Shown: piece by piece, positions 9,109 to 17,398 of the stretch
How the letters are laid out: each line of letters starts with the position of its first letter
Numbering within the stretch: position 1 is the first letter of the stretch
Assembly: GCA_005799825.1 (NCBI GenBank)
Contig: SYFT01000106.1
Location: 10,459 to 74,458, forward strand
Origin: Acidobacteriota bacterium
GTDB taxonomy: Bacteria; Acidobacteriota; Vicinamibacteria; Vicinamibacterales; SCN-69-37
Length of the DNA stretch: 64,000 nt
Direction: 5' to 3'
Made by a program: the position numbers and the translations under genes
Notes under the pieces: model-generated
What the model was told of the DNA's origin: nothing
Databases searched by the model: none
Seen by the model: the letters and a program-made list of their open reading frames with translations, nothing else

Positions 9109-9134
9109 GTTCCTGGAGTTTTCCACAGATCGAC
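9071..9134. repeat. 26-bp perfect inverted repeat with 12-nt loop
   Basis: 9071..9096 (GTCGATCTGTGGAAAACTCCAGGAAC) is the exact reverse complement of 9109..9134. The loop 9097..9108 contains the ATG candidate of the EamA gene on the minus strand. Confidence 0.95.
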
Positions 9135-9162
9135 ACCCGTCCACCTATGGGCCCCGATGCCC

Positions 9163-9663
9163 CTATTGGACGCTTTTGAACTGGCCGACCGCCTCGTTAA
9201 TCAGCGCTTCGTTGTCGCCGGCCGAGATGTTGCGTCGCAGAAGCTTGGTCGCAATCGCCAGCGAGAGCTCGACGGCTTCGGTGCGAATCTGCGCCACGGC
9301 GCGCGCCGTCTCGAGATGGATTTCCTTCTCAGCGTTCTTGACGATGGCCGCGGCTTCGTCGCGAGCCTTGGCCCGCATCTCTTCGCCAAAGCGATCGGCG
9401 TCAGCCCGGCTGCGCGTGACGATCGCGGACGCTTCCGAACGGGCCAGCGCGAGCAGACGCGCCGACTCCACCTGCACCTGCTGCAGTTCGGCGGTCGCAC
9501 GTTTGGCATCCTCGACCGACTTCTCGATCGTGGCGCGACGCTCCTCGAGGGCCTTGAGTAACGGCTTCCAGGCGTACTTGGTCAGCAGGGCCAGCAGCGC
9601 CAGAAACGTGAGAATGGTCCAGAAAAACAGTCCAGGATTGACCTGAACCAGCGGATTATCCAC
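9163..9663 (-). CDS. atpF: F0F1 ATP synthase subunit b
   Basis: 166 aa. One N-terminal TM (LFFWTILTFLALLALLTKYAWKPL) is followed by a long charged helix. It lies immediately after atpE. Confidence 0.9.
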   Translation of the reverse strand: MDNPLVQVNPGLFFWTILTFLALLALLTKYAWKPLLKALEERRATIEKSVEDAKRATAELQQVQVESARLLALARSEASAIVTRSRADADRFGEEMRAKARDEAAAIVKNAEKEIHLETARAVAQIRTEAVELSLAIATKLLRRNISAGDNEALINEAVGQFKSVQ

Positions 9664-9690
9664 GAGCTTTTATCCTTTCAAACACATCGG

Positions 9691-9714
9691 GCGCGTCGTC
9701 TTGCGACGACGCGC
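9691..9714 (-). promoter_or_regulatory. intra-operon GC hairpin between atpE and atpF
   Basis: GCGCGTCGTC (9691..9700) and GACGACGCGC (9705..9714) are perfect complements with a 4-nt loop. The hairpin starts 16 nt downstream of the atpE stop. Confidence 0.5.
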
Positions 9715-9729
9715 TGCGGCCGACGTGAG

Positions 9730-9993
9730 TTACTTCAAGAAAACAACAACCAGGCCGAAGACGAGCGCGATAATCGTGGCGCCTTCGAGCAGGAATAGGG
9801 GCAGGTTGGCCGCTGCGGTGATCTGCGCCGCTGCGCTGGGCTGCCTGGCCACGCCTTCAGCGGCCGCTGCTGCGAGCCGGCCGATGCCGATGCCGGCGCC
9901 GATCACCGTGAGGCCGAACCCAAGGGCCGCGCCCATGTAGTGCCAGGTGGGCTTAACGATTGCGGCAACTTCGGGGGTAAGAGCTTGTTCCAT
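9730..9993 (-). CDS. atpE: F0F1 ATP synthase subunit c
   Basis: 87 aa in a two-TM hairpin, GAGIGIGRLAAAAAEGVARQP...LFLLEGATIIALVFGLVV, with the conserved carboxylate-bearing second helix. Confidence 0.95.
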   Translation of the reverse strand: MEQALTPEVAAIVKPTWHYMGAALGFGLTVIGAGIGIGRLAAAAAEGVARQPSAAAQITAAANLPLFLLEGATIIALVFGLVVVFLK

Positions 9994-10035
9994 GATGCGT
10001 GTCCTTCTCCTGAGGGTCTGGCTGACTGTGTGAGA

Positions 10036-10992
10036 TTAGTGGTGCGCGTGAATTGCCATGCCGATAAACACGGCAGACAGAAGGGTGAAAACGTAAGCCT
10101 GCACGAGAATCACGATGATCTCGAGGCCCGAAATGGCGACCGCCAGCGGCAGCGAGAACCCGAAGCCGATGCCCATGCCCGCCATGGAGCTGGCGAACAG
10201 CTCCGTGAAGATGAACACAAAGGACAGGATCGCCAGAATGGCAATGTGACCGCCGGCCATATTTGCGGCAAGTCGCATCGTGAGCGCAAACGGCCGCACG
10301 AGCATGCCGATGAACTCGAGCGGAATGAGTAGGAAATAGACCGGCGTGGCCAGGCCCTTGGGCACCAGGTTGACCCAGTGCTGCACAAAGCCGTGCGCCC
10401 AGCTGCCCGCGATGATGATGGCGAAAAACGTGATGATCGCGAGGCCGGCCGTGACGTTGAAATTGGCCGTGGCCGTTGAACCACCGTGCAGCAGGCCCTG
10501 GAAGAACGAATCGGGGCCGGTGTGCAGCACGTAATGGTCGAGCAACGCGAGCGCGTCGAAAATCGGGACCATGCCGATGACGTTCGCGGTCAGGATGAAA
10601 AAGAAGAACGTCAACAGCAGCGGCGTCCAGGTGGTGAGCCACTTCTTGCCCAGATTCGGCGCAGCGATGGAGTCACGCACGAACTCCACGACAAATTCGA
10701 GGGCGTTCATGCCGCCGGTGGGGACGCGGTCGGACTGTTTGAGGTAACGACGCACCAGCCAGGTGATGGTCAGGAACGTGATAGCCGCCACCATCCACAC
10801 CATGAACACGTGTTTGGTCACGGAAAAATCGATGCCGAAAAACGGGCCGATGCGAATCAGCGGATGTTCAGGGTTGTCGGCGACGTGGCCAATGATGGTC
10901 TCGCCCGCATTAAACTGGCCAGCGGCGGCATGGGCCTCCTGGGGGGCCGCGTGAGCTTGTTCGATCATCGTCGTTTCTAACCCAACTTCCAT
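10036..10992 (-). CDS. atpB: F0F1 ATP synthase subunit a
   Basis: ORF 10036..11052 with the start placed at the ATG at 10992, overlapping the atpI stop (TGATG). It is polytopic and has the conserved LTMRLAANMAGGH arginine helix. Confidence 0.9.
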   Translation of the reverse strand: MEVGLETTMIEQAHAAPQEAHAAAGQFNAGETIIGHVADNPEHPLIRIGPFFGIDFSVTKHVFMVWMVAAITFLTITWLVRRYLKQSDRVPTGGMNALEFVVEFVRDSIAAPNLGKKWLTTWTPLLLTFFFFILTANVIGMVPIFDALALLDHYVLHTGPDSFFQGLLHGGSTATANFNVTAGLAIITFFAIIIAGSWAHGFVQHWVNLVPKGLATPVYFLLIPLEFIGMLVRPFALTMRLAANMAGGHIAILAILSFVFIFTELFASSMAGMGIGFGFSLPLAVAISGLEIIVILVQAYVFTLLSAVFIGMAIHAHH

Positions 10993-11378
10993 CACAACCC
11001 TGGGCGGCGCACTCCGGTGCCCAACACCGGTGCCATCAGTCGCCGCAGACAATACGCCTCGGCCAGGTGCGTGGCCAGAAACGTCACGGTGAGGCTGACC
11101 ACAAACGGCATCGGCCGCGCGTCGAATCCCCTCAACATGACCACCACGTACCCGACGAAGAACACGGTCTTGGCGGCAAAGGCCCTCAACATCCAGGGCA
11201 GCAGTGCCACGTGATCCCGGCTCCAGATCCGGGTGGTCATGGTCCAGGAGGCGCCGGCCACCGCGACGGGGCCCGCCACTCCTAAAAACACCGCTTCACC
11301 ACCGCGACCGTACCCGAACCACAACGCGCCCAGTCCCACTGAGAGCGCCACGCCGCTGACCCACCACAAGACGTTCAT
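10992..11378 (-). CDS. atpI: ATP synthase protein I-like small membrane protein
   Basis: ORF 10992..11675 trimmed to MNVLWWVSGVALSVGLGALWF... (128 aa, four hydrophobic segments). It sits directly upstream of atpB. Confidence 0.55.
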   Translation of the reverse strand: MNVLWWVSGVALSVGLGALWFGYGRGGEAVFLGVAGPVAVAGASWTMTTRIWSRDHVALLPWMLRAFAAKTVFFVGYVVVMLRGFDARPMPFVVSLTVTFLATHLAEAYCLRRLMAPVLGTGVRRPGL

Positions 11379-11644
11379 CTGGTGGACTTCACGAGCGCGT
11401 AAAACCCGACAACAATCCCCAAGGCCAACCCCGAGAGGAACAGCCACGGCGACGTCTGCAACCACCGGTCTGCGACATAGCCGAGACCGCCCAGCAGCAG
11501 GATTCCCCCAGTGAGCGTGTAACTGGCGCTGGCCGCAGGGCCCGCCCGCTGCACGTTCTCCTGGAAGGCCCGCATCGAACGCTCGAACGACTTCAGCGTG
11601 TCGAAACGGGGCTTCTTGCCGCCCGGTCGAGGCATTTCTTGCAT
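11375..11644 (-). CDS. AtpZ/AtpI family protein (putative F0F1-ATPase accessory subunit)
   Basis: Trimmed to MQEMPRPGGKKPRF.... The segment ASASYTLTGGILLLGGLGYVADRWLQTSPWLFLSGLALGIVVGFYALV matches the two-TM AtpZ pattern. It has a 4-nt overlap with the atpI start. Confidence 0.65.
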   Translation of the reverse strand: MQEMPRPGGKKPRFDTLKSFERSMRAFQENVQRAGPAASASYTLTGGILLLGGLGYVADRWLQTSPWLFLSGLALGIVVGFYALVKSTR

Positions 11645-11778
11645 ACCCGACGCCTCCCGACCTCCCGGCACGCACCGCGCCCCGGGTGGCAAACAGCCAA
11701 TCGTAACAGGCGGAGCTCAGTACTGGAAAGGGAGCAGGCTACCACCCCTGCGACGGACCTTCCAGCACTATACCATGG

Positions 11779-11798
11779 CTTGTGAACAAGTTCACGAG
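11779..11798. promoter_or_regulatory. near-perfect 20-bp palindrome (core GTGAACAAGTTCAC) upstream of the VWA gene pair
   Basis: 11782..11795 is a perfect 6-2-6 palindrome. It lies 25 nt upstream of the ATG at 11821 in the atp/VWA divergent spacer. Confidence 0.3.
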
Positions 11799-11820
11799 CG
11801 GCACTCGATATACTGCGGGG

Positions 11821-12741
11821 ATGACACAGTTCCCCCTCGTACGGCGTCCCCTGGCGGTCGCAGCTTTGTGCGTGAGCGGGGCCCTTGTCGCGGCCACCGC
11901 CGGAACCGCCCTGCTGGCGCAACGGACACCAAACCAGCAACGCGCGGTCATTTCGGTGGTGGACAAGAAGGGCGCGCCCGTGGCCACCCTGGCGACGACT
12001 GACCTGACGGTTCGGGAAGACGGCATTGCGCGCGAGGTGCTCAAGGTTGAGCCGGCGACCGAGGCGATGGAGATTGCCGTGCTCGTGGACACGAGCACTA
12101 TCACGTCCGGCGCGATTACTGATTTGCGCAATTCGATCAAGGCGTTCGCGGCGGCCATCTGGGCCAGGAGCCCAGACACCCAGATTGCCCTCTACACGTT
12201 TGGCGAGCGGCCTACGCTCGAGGCCGATTTTTCGTCGAGCGCCGTGAATCTGAACCGCCGTGCAGACCGCCTGTTTGCTGCGTCCGGGTCGGGCGCGTAT
12301 TTTATCGATGCAGTCATCGACGCGGCCGGTGCCCTCAAGAAACGCGCCGGCGCCCGGCCGGTCATCGTAGCCTACGTGGACGAAAACGGCCCGGAGTTCA
12401 GCAACCGGCGCAACGACCACGCGTTTGACGCGCTCGCCGCGGCGCGCGCATCGCTGTGGACGGTGTCGCGCCAGGGCTTTGGCAGCAGCTCCTCGACGCC
12501 GGAAAATCGCGAACGCGGCATCGTCATCGGCGACGTCACGACAAAAACCGGCGGGCGCGGCTCAACGGTGTTTGACGGGTCGGCGGTCAAGGGACGCTTT
12601 GCTGACGTAGCCACGCAGTTGCTGGCGCAGTTCGTGGTGACCTACGGCCGGCCCGAGACGCTGGTGCCGCCAAACAAGCTGGAGATCAAGCTCACGAACA
12701 ACGACCTGCGGCTGGCGGCACCGCGGTGGACCACTCGATGA
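11821..12741 (+). CDS. VWA domain protein with VWFA-related acidobacterial domain (TIGR03436-like)
   Basis: Trimmed to MTQFPLVRRPLAVAALCVSGALVAATAG (signal). It contains VVDKKGAPVATLATTDLTVREDGIAREVLKVE followed by a VWA core (AVLVDTSTI...). Confidence 0.8.
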   Translation: MTQFPLVRRPLAVAALCVSGALVAATAGTALLAQRTPNQQRAVISVVDKKGAPVATLATTDLTVREDGIAREVLKVEPATEAMEIAVLVDTSTITSGAITDLRNSIKAFAAAIWARSPDTQIALYTFGERPTLEADFSSSAVNLNRRADRLFAASGSGAYFIDAVIDAAGALKKRAGARPVIVAYVDENGPEFSNRRNDHAFDALAAARASLWTVSRQGFGSSSSTPENRERGIVIGDVTTKTGGRGSTVFDGSAVKGRFADVATQLLAQFVVTYGRPETLVPPNKLEIKLTNNDLRLAAPRWTTR

Positions 12742-13673
12742 CACGTGTGGTGGCGCTAGGCGCGACCCTGGCGCTCCTGGTGGGGGCCTCGCCGCCGGAT
12801 GCGCAGGTGTTCCGCGTCGGCACCGACGTGGTATCGCTCAACGTCACGGTGACCGAAGGCGAAACGTTGGTCCCGGGGCTGGAGCAGGCGCTGTTTTCGG
12901 TCTACGAAGATGGCGTGCAGCAGGACATCACGTATTTTTCACGGACGCCGCAACCCATCGCGCTCTCGTTGCTCATCGACACCAGTACGAGCATGGAGTT
13001 CAAACTCGGGGTCGCGCAGGAGGCGGCCATCGGGTTCGCCCGCCGCCTCAATCCGACCGACGCGGCGCAGATCATCGACTTCGACAGTCGCCACGAGATC
13101 CTGCAGACGTTCACCGCAGATAAGGTCCTGCTCGAACAGGCGATTCGCAAAACGCGGGTCGGCGGGTCCACGTCGCTCTACAACGCCATCTACGTGGCGC
13201 TCAGTGAGCTGAAACGCGTACGCGCGGCGACGCCGGATCAAGTGCGACGCCAGGCGATCGTGGTGTTGTCAGACGGCGAAGACACCTCAAGCCTGATTGC
13301 CTACGAAGATGTGCTTGAATCAGCGAAACGCTCGGAAACCGCGGTGTATGCCATCGGGCTTCGCTCCAAGACCGACCGACCGACACGGGGATTCAACGAG
13401 GCGGAATTTGTGCTGCGAACCCTCTCGCAGGAAACCGGCGGCCGGCCGTTTTTTGTCGAGGATGTCGCGCAGTTGCCCGGCATCTATCAACAGATTGCGG
13501 ATGAACTGGCGAACCAGTACTCGATCGGCTACACCTCCAAGAATCCCAAACTCGATGGCGCCTGGCGAGCCCTCGTCGTCAAAGTCAACCGCCCGAACAC
13601 GGCCGCTCGCACCAAACGGGGCTACTTCGCCCCCGTACCACCCAAAACGCCACGCCTCGATTTCGCGAAATGA
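12738..13673 (+). CDS. VWA domain protein with VWFA-related acidobacterial domain (TIGR03436-like), paralog
   Basis: FRVGTDVVSLNVTVTEGETLVPGLEQALFSVYEDGVQQDITYF is followed by LLIDTSTSM and GGSTSLYNAI (MIDAS-like). An ATGA overlap joins it to the preceding gene. Confidence 0.85.
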   Translation: MTRVVALGATLALLVGASPPDAQVFRVGTDVVSLNVTVTEGETLVPGLEQALFSVYEDGVQQDITYFSRTPQPIALSLLIDTSTSMEFKLGVAQEAAIGFARRLNPTDAAQIIDFDSRHEILQTFTADKVLLEQAIRKTRVGGSTSLYNAIYVALSELKRVRAATPDQVRRQAIVVLSDGEDTSSLIAYEDVLESAKRSETAVYAIGLRSKTDRPTRGFNEAEFVLRTLSQETGGRPFFVEDVAQLPGIYQQIADELANQYSIGYTSKNPKLDGAWRALVVKVNRPNTAARTKRGYFAPVPPKTPRLDFAK

Positions 13674-15226
13674 ACACCAACCAGCACACCACACGGGGAC
13701 GAGTGATTTTCATCGGCGCAGGCCCCGGCGACCCCGGCCTGTTGACCACACGGGGACGGCAGGTGCTGGCCGACGCCGATGTCGTGGTCTACGACCGCGC
13801 CGTGGCGCCGATCGTCCGCCTAGCCCGGCCCGATGCCGAGCGTATCGAGGTGGGTGCGCCCGCCGAAGGGGCGATGGCCCAGGACGCCATTGCGATGCTT
13901 GTGGCCGACAAGGCGCGCGAGGGCCTGCTGGTGGCTCGGCTCAAGTGGGGTGACCCGTTCCTATTCGGCAGCGGCGCCAAAGAAGCGCTCTTCCTGCACG
14001 AACAAGGGCTCAATTTCGAAGTGGTGCCGGGCGTGCCGGTCGCCTTCGGCAGCGCGTACGCCGGCGTGCCGCTCTCCTACCCAGGTGGTCACGACGCGTT
14101 GATCCTGCTGCGGGGCCATGAAGCCACGCGGGAAGACGCGCCCGACGTGCACTGGCGCGCGCTCGCATCGCTGGAGGGCACTATCGCGGCGTACGCAAGT
14201 GCCCCGCAGGCTGCGGCCATCCTCCGCAAACTCGTGGCCGCCGGCCGGCCTGCCACACACATGGCCGCGCTCATCTACGACGCTACGCTGGTCTCGCAAC
14301 GCGCCGTGACGGACACACTTGCCGGCCTCATCGCACAACTCGACGCAGCCCCTGACGCCGCATCAGGCCTGCTCATCGTCGGCGACGTCGCGGGACTGCG
14401 CGCGCACCTTCGGTGGTTTGACGAGCGCCCCCTCTTCGGCCGGCGCATCGTCGTAACGCGCTCACATGAACGGGCGCGTGACCTGTCGGATCGCCTGGAG
14501 AGTCTCGGCGCCCAGGCGATTGAAGCGCCCACGTTCCGTATGCTGCCTGCCGAAGATCCCGAAGCGATCGAACGTGCGGTGGCGTCCGTGCAGCACTACC
14601 AGTGGGTGGTGTGCGAGTCAGCGAGCTCGGCCCATCGGTTCCTGAAGTCGGTGCTGTCAGGCACGCGCGACCTGCGTGCACTCGGTGGTGTGCGGATTGC
14701 GGCCGTCGGCCCCTCCACCGCGGATCAGTTCCGCGCGGCGGGATTGGTAGCCGACGTGGTGGTGCCAGAGATTGGGGAAGAGGCCACGTGTGACGCCATC
14801 GCCGCCCACGGCCCTCTTGCCGGGACGCGCTTGCTGGTGATTCGCCCCGATCACGGGCGGGCTGAACGGGGCGACGAAGGCCCCACGGCGGAGTTACGTC
14901 GCCGCGGCGCTGACGCACACGACCTGATTGCCTACCGCACAGTGCCTGGCGCGCCGGAGTCGGTCGCCGCGCAGGAGCTGTATCGCCAGTTGCTCGAGGG
15001 CCGCATCGACGCGGTCACCTTCACGTCCCCGACGGCCGTACAACGGTTTGTCGATCTCATCGGCCGCGAACAAGCCGCTGATCTGCTCAACACCACCGTG
15101 GTCGCCACCATCGGCCCCGTCACCGCCGCGGCCGCCCGCGCGCTCGGCATCACGGCGCCGATTGTCGCCGACACGTTTACGATCGACGGACTCGTGGACG
15201 CGCTGGTGCGGCGGCTCAGGCAGTAG
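13670..15226 (+). CDS. cobA: fused uroporphyrinogen-III C-methyltransferase / uroporphyrinogen-III synthase
   Basis: The N-terminal VIFIGAGPGDPGLLTTRGRQVLADADVVVYD is the SUMT motif. The C-terminal half (RIVVTRSHERARDLSDRLESLGAQAIEAPTF...) is HemD-like. An ATGA overlap joins it to the VWA gene. Confidence 0.9.
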   Translation: MNTNQHTTRGRVIFIGAGPGDPGLLTTRGRQVLADADVVVYDRAVAPIVRLARPDAERIEVGAPAEGAMAQDAIAMLVADKAREGLLVARLKWGDPFLFGSGAKEALFLHEQGLNFEVVPGVPVAFGSAYAGVPLSYPGGHDALILLRGHEATREDAPDVHWRALASLEGTIAAYASAPQAAAILRKLVAAGRPATHMAALIYDATLVSQRAVTDTLAGLIAQLDAAPDAASGLLIVGDVAGLRAHLRWFDERPLFGRRIVVTRSHERARDLSDRLESLGAQAIEAPTFRMLPAEDPEAIERAVASVQHYQWVVCESASSAHRFLKSVLSGTRDLRALGGVRIAAVGPSTADQFRAAGLVADVVVPEIGEEATCDAIAAHGPLAGTRLLVIRPDHGRAERGDEGPTAELRRRGADAHDLIAYRTVPGAPESVAAQELYRQLLEGRIDAVTFTSPTAVQRFVDLIGREQAADLLNTTVVATIGPVTAAAARALGITAPIVADTFTIDGLVDALVRRLRQ

Positions 15227-15246
15227 GGTCTGCGGGGCCGCAGACC
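15227..15246. terminator. bidirectional hairpin in the 21-bp convergent spacer
   Basis: GGTCTGCGG (15227..15235) pairs with CCGCAGACC (15238..15246). The hairpin fills the gap between the cobA-hemD stop and the TBDR stop. There is no U-tract. Confidence 0.45.
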
Positions 15247-15247
15247 T

Positions 15248-17368
15248 TCAGAACGCGAATCGAATCCCTCCGTTAAGCGTTCGGCCGTCCAAAGGCGCCC
15301 AGGCGGAGACGACAAGTTGGCCGACCGGGCTGACGAACGGCCGAAGAAGCGGGTCGTAGTCGGACTGGCGCACGTCGGTTAGATTCTCGAGATTCAGAAA
15401 CACGCGGAGACGGCCGATGCGGCGTTCGGCGAACAGCCCGATGATCGTGTACGGCGCACTCTCGGTTCGGTATGGGTTGTCTTTAAGCTGTTGAACGCCG
15501 GTGCGGTAGACCTCAAGACCGACGCGCGCCATGCCGCGTTTTTCCCATGCGGTAATCAGACTGAATGTGCGCTGTGGCGTGAGCGGAACGTTCTCGCGCG
15601 GCATTCCAGCCAGATCGCCCGCCTGCGTTGCGTTGACCCAGGTGTGCGTCGCGGTCGCCACCCAGGGCCCGCTGCGGAACTGGCCGAACAGCTCGGCTCC
15701 CCAGGTGCGGGTGGACGACGTGCTCCCCGGCGGCTGGTTAAACACCTCGAGGCGGGGTGTGCCATCTGTGAACACATGCGCGACCACCGGAAAGTGAATG
15801 CGCGAGCCGAACCACGTGCCCGACACTTCCACCGCACCAACTTTGCGGCTGATGTCTGCTGACCATGTCTCGGCAGTTTCCGCGCGCTCGAGGTGCACAG
15901 CGCCGACGCGCATCACGCCGACTTCTTCCACTTCATCCACGAACACCGTGGGCGCAAACGCCCCGCGGCCCGCCGACAGCCGCAGATCCCACTCGCCCGG
16001 TTGCAATCGCAGCGAGGCTCTCGGGCTCCACAGGGCACCGTACTCAGGATGCGCGTCCACGCGCGCGCTCACCGAAAACGACACTGCCGGCGCCAGCGCG
16101 ATATCGTCCTGCACAAACACGCCGGGAGTAGTCCAGCTGTAGTCAAATCGAGGGGCCGACAGGTTTCTGTATCTCTGCAGTTCGACTGCCCCGCCCACCA
16201 CAATCAGGTGCCGGCCGATCGCCCGGCTCAGCGACGCTTCTGCCATCCCAAGCGTATGGTCATCGTCGTACGCGTTGGTCCCGAAGTCGTGGGTGTGGTC
16301 GACTTGAGAGAGGGCGCCCTTGGCAATCACCACGCCGCCAGCCGCACTTCGACGCCAGATGAGGCCGGCATCTGCACGCGTCGTATCAACCGACTGGACG
16401 GCACTGGCGACGTCGAGCCCGCCGCCACGGCGCGACTCCACCGTCACGCCGCCCGACACATCGAGTGAGCCGCGTTCGCCCGACGCAAACGTGAACTTCG
16501 GCCGCGCGATAAACCGCCGGTAACGCGGCAGGTCCGCCCACCGATCGCCGTCAACATCCGATGCGTCCTGACCGTGCGCTCCCACGAGCAGGGTGTATCC
16601 CCATTCCGGTCGCACAGGGCCCGAGAGCCACAACAGGCCATCGGCGCCCGAACGCGAAGTCAGGTTGAGCAATGCCTCGCCCGCATGTTCGGGCGTGGGC
16701 CTCCGCGTCACGAGGTTGATGACACCACCAAGCGCCGACGGACCATACAGCGCCGACGCGGCACCTTTGATCACCTCCACCTGCTGAAGGTCCATCGGAG
16801 GAATCTGGAGCAAGCCGAGGGATGCGACTTGCGTGCCGTTGATAGGCAGTCCGTCGGTCAGCACAGAGGTAAACCTTCCGGGCATGCCCTGGACCCGCAC
16901 CGAGGCGGCACCCAACGCCGGAGCCGTAGGCTGCAGCCGGATGCCGCTGGTCTCGTTGAGCAACATCACGATTTCGCCAGGCGTCATCAGGAGTTTTTCT
17001 TCGATCTCCTCACGCACCACCACTTCCACCCGCGTGGCCTGGTCTAACGCCAGCCGCCCACTGCGCATGGCGGTGACAATGACCTCTTCCTCCACTTCCA
17101 GTTCCTCTTCGAGGTCCACAATCAACGGCGGAGACGTCACGCCAACCGCCTGCGAGAACGGCATCAGTCCGTCTCGGCTCACGCCCAGCGTGCACCCACC
17201 GGCAGGCACCGGCACTGTGGCACGGCCCTGCGCATCCGTCTCCACCTTCGCTGTCGCACACGTGACCACCGCACCGGTCACCGGCGCGTCGTCATGCCGA
17301 ACAGTCACGCTCAACGGGGTCAATTGGGTTCCGACGGCTACGGCGATGACCAATATTGGAGACATCAC
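15248..17368 (-). CDS. TonB-dependent receptor with N-terminal carboxypeptidase-regulatory-like domain
   Basis: 706 aa. The plug motif is VIVTAMRSG...RVEVV and IKGAASALYGPSALGGVINLVT. It has a long beta-barrel and the C-terminal GGIRFAF. The start is GTG at 17368 or ATG at 17365. Confidence 0.9.
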   Translation of the reverse strand: MMSPILVIAVAVGTQLTPLSVTVRHDDAPVTGAVVTCATAKVETDAQGRATVPVPAGGCTLGVSRDGLMPFSQAVGVTSPPLIVDLEEELEVEEEVIVTAMRSGRLALDQATRVEVVVREEIEEKLLMTPGEIVMLLNETSGIRLQPTAPALGAASVRVQGMPGRFTSVLTDGLPINGTQVASLGLLQIPPMDLQQVEVIKGAASALYGPSALGGVINLVTRRPTPEHAGEALLNLTSRSGADGLLWLSGPVRPEWGYTLLVGAHGQDASDVDGDRWADLPRYRRFIARPKFTFASGERGSLDVSGGVTVESRRGGGLDVASAVQSVDTTRADAGLIWRRSAAGGVVIAKGALSQVDHTHDFGTNAYDDDHTLGMAEASLSRAIGRHLIVVGGAVELQRYRNLSAPRFDYSWTTPGVFVQDDIALAPAVSFSVSARVDAHPEYGALWSPRASLRLQPGEWDLRLSAGRGAFAPTVFVDEVEEVGVMRVGAVHLERAETAETWSADISRKVGAVEVSGTWFGSRIHFPVVAHVFTDGTPRLEVFNQPPGSTSSTRTWGAELFGQFRSGPWVATATHTWVNATQAGDLAGMPRENVPLTPQRTFSLITAWEKRGMARVGLEVYRTGVQQLKDNPYRTESAPYTIIGLFAERRIGRLRVFLNLENLTDVRQSDYDPLLRPFVSPVGQLVVSAWAPLDGRTLNGGIRFAF

Positions 17369-17398
17369 CGTCTATCGTAATGCGATACGATTCGGGCG

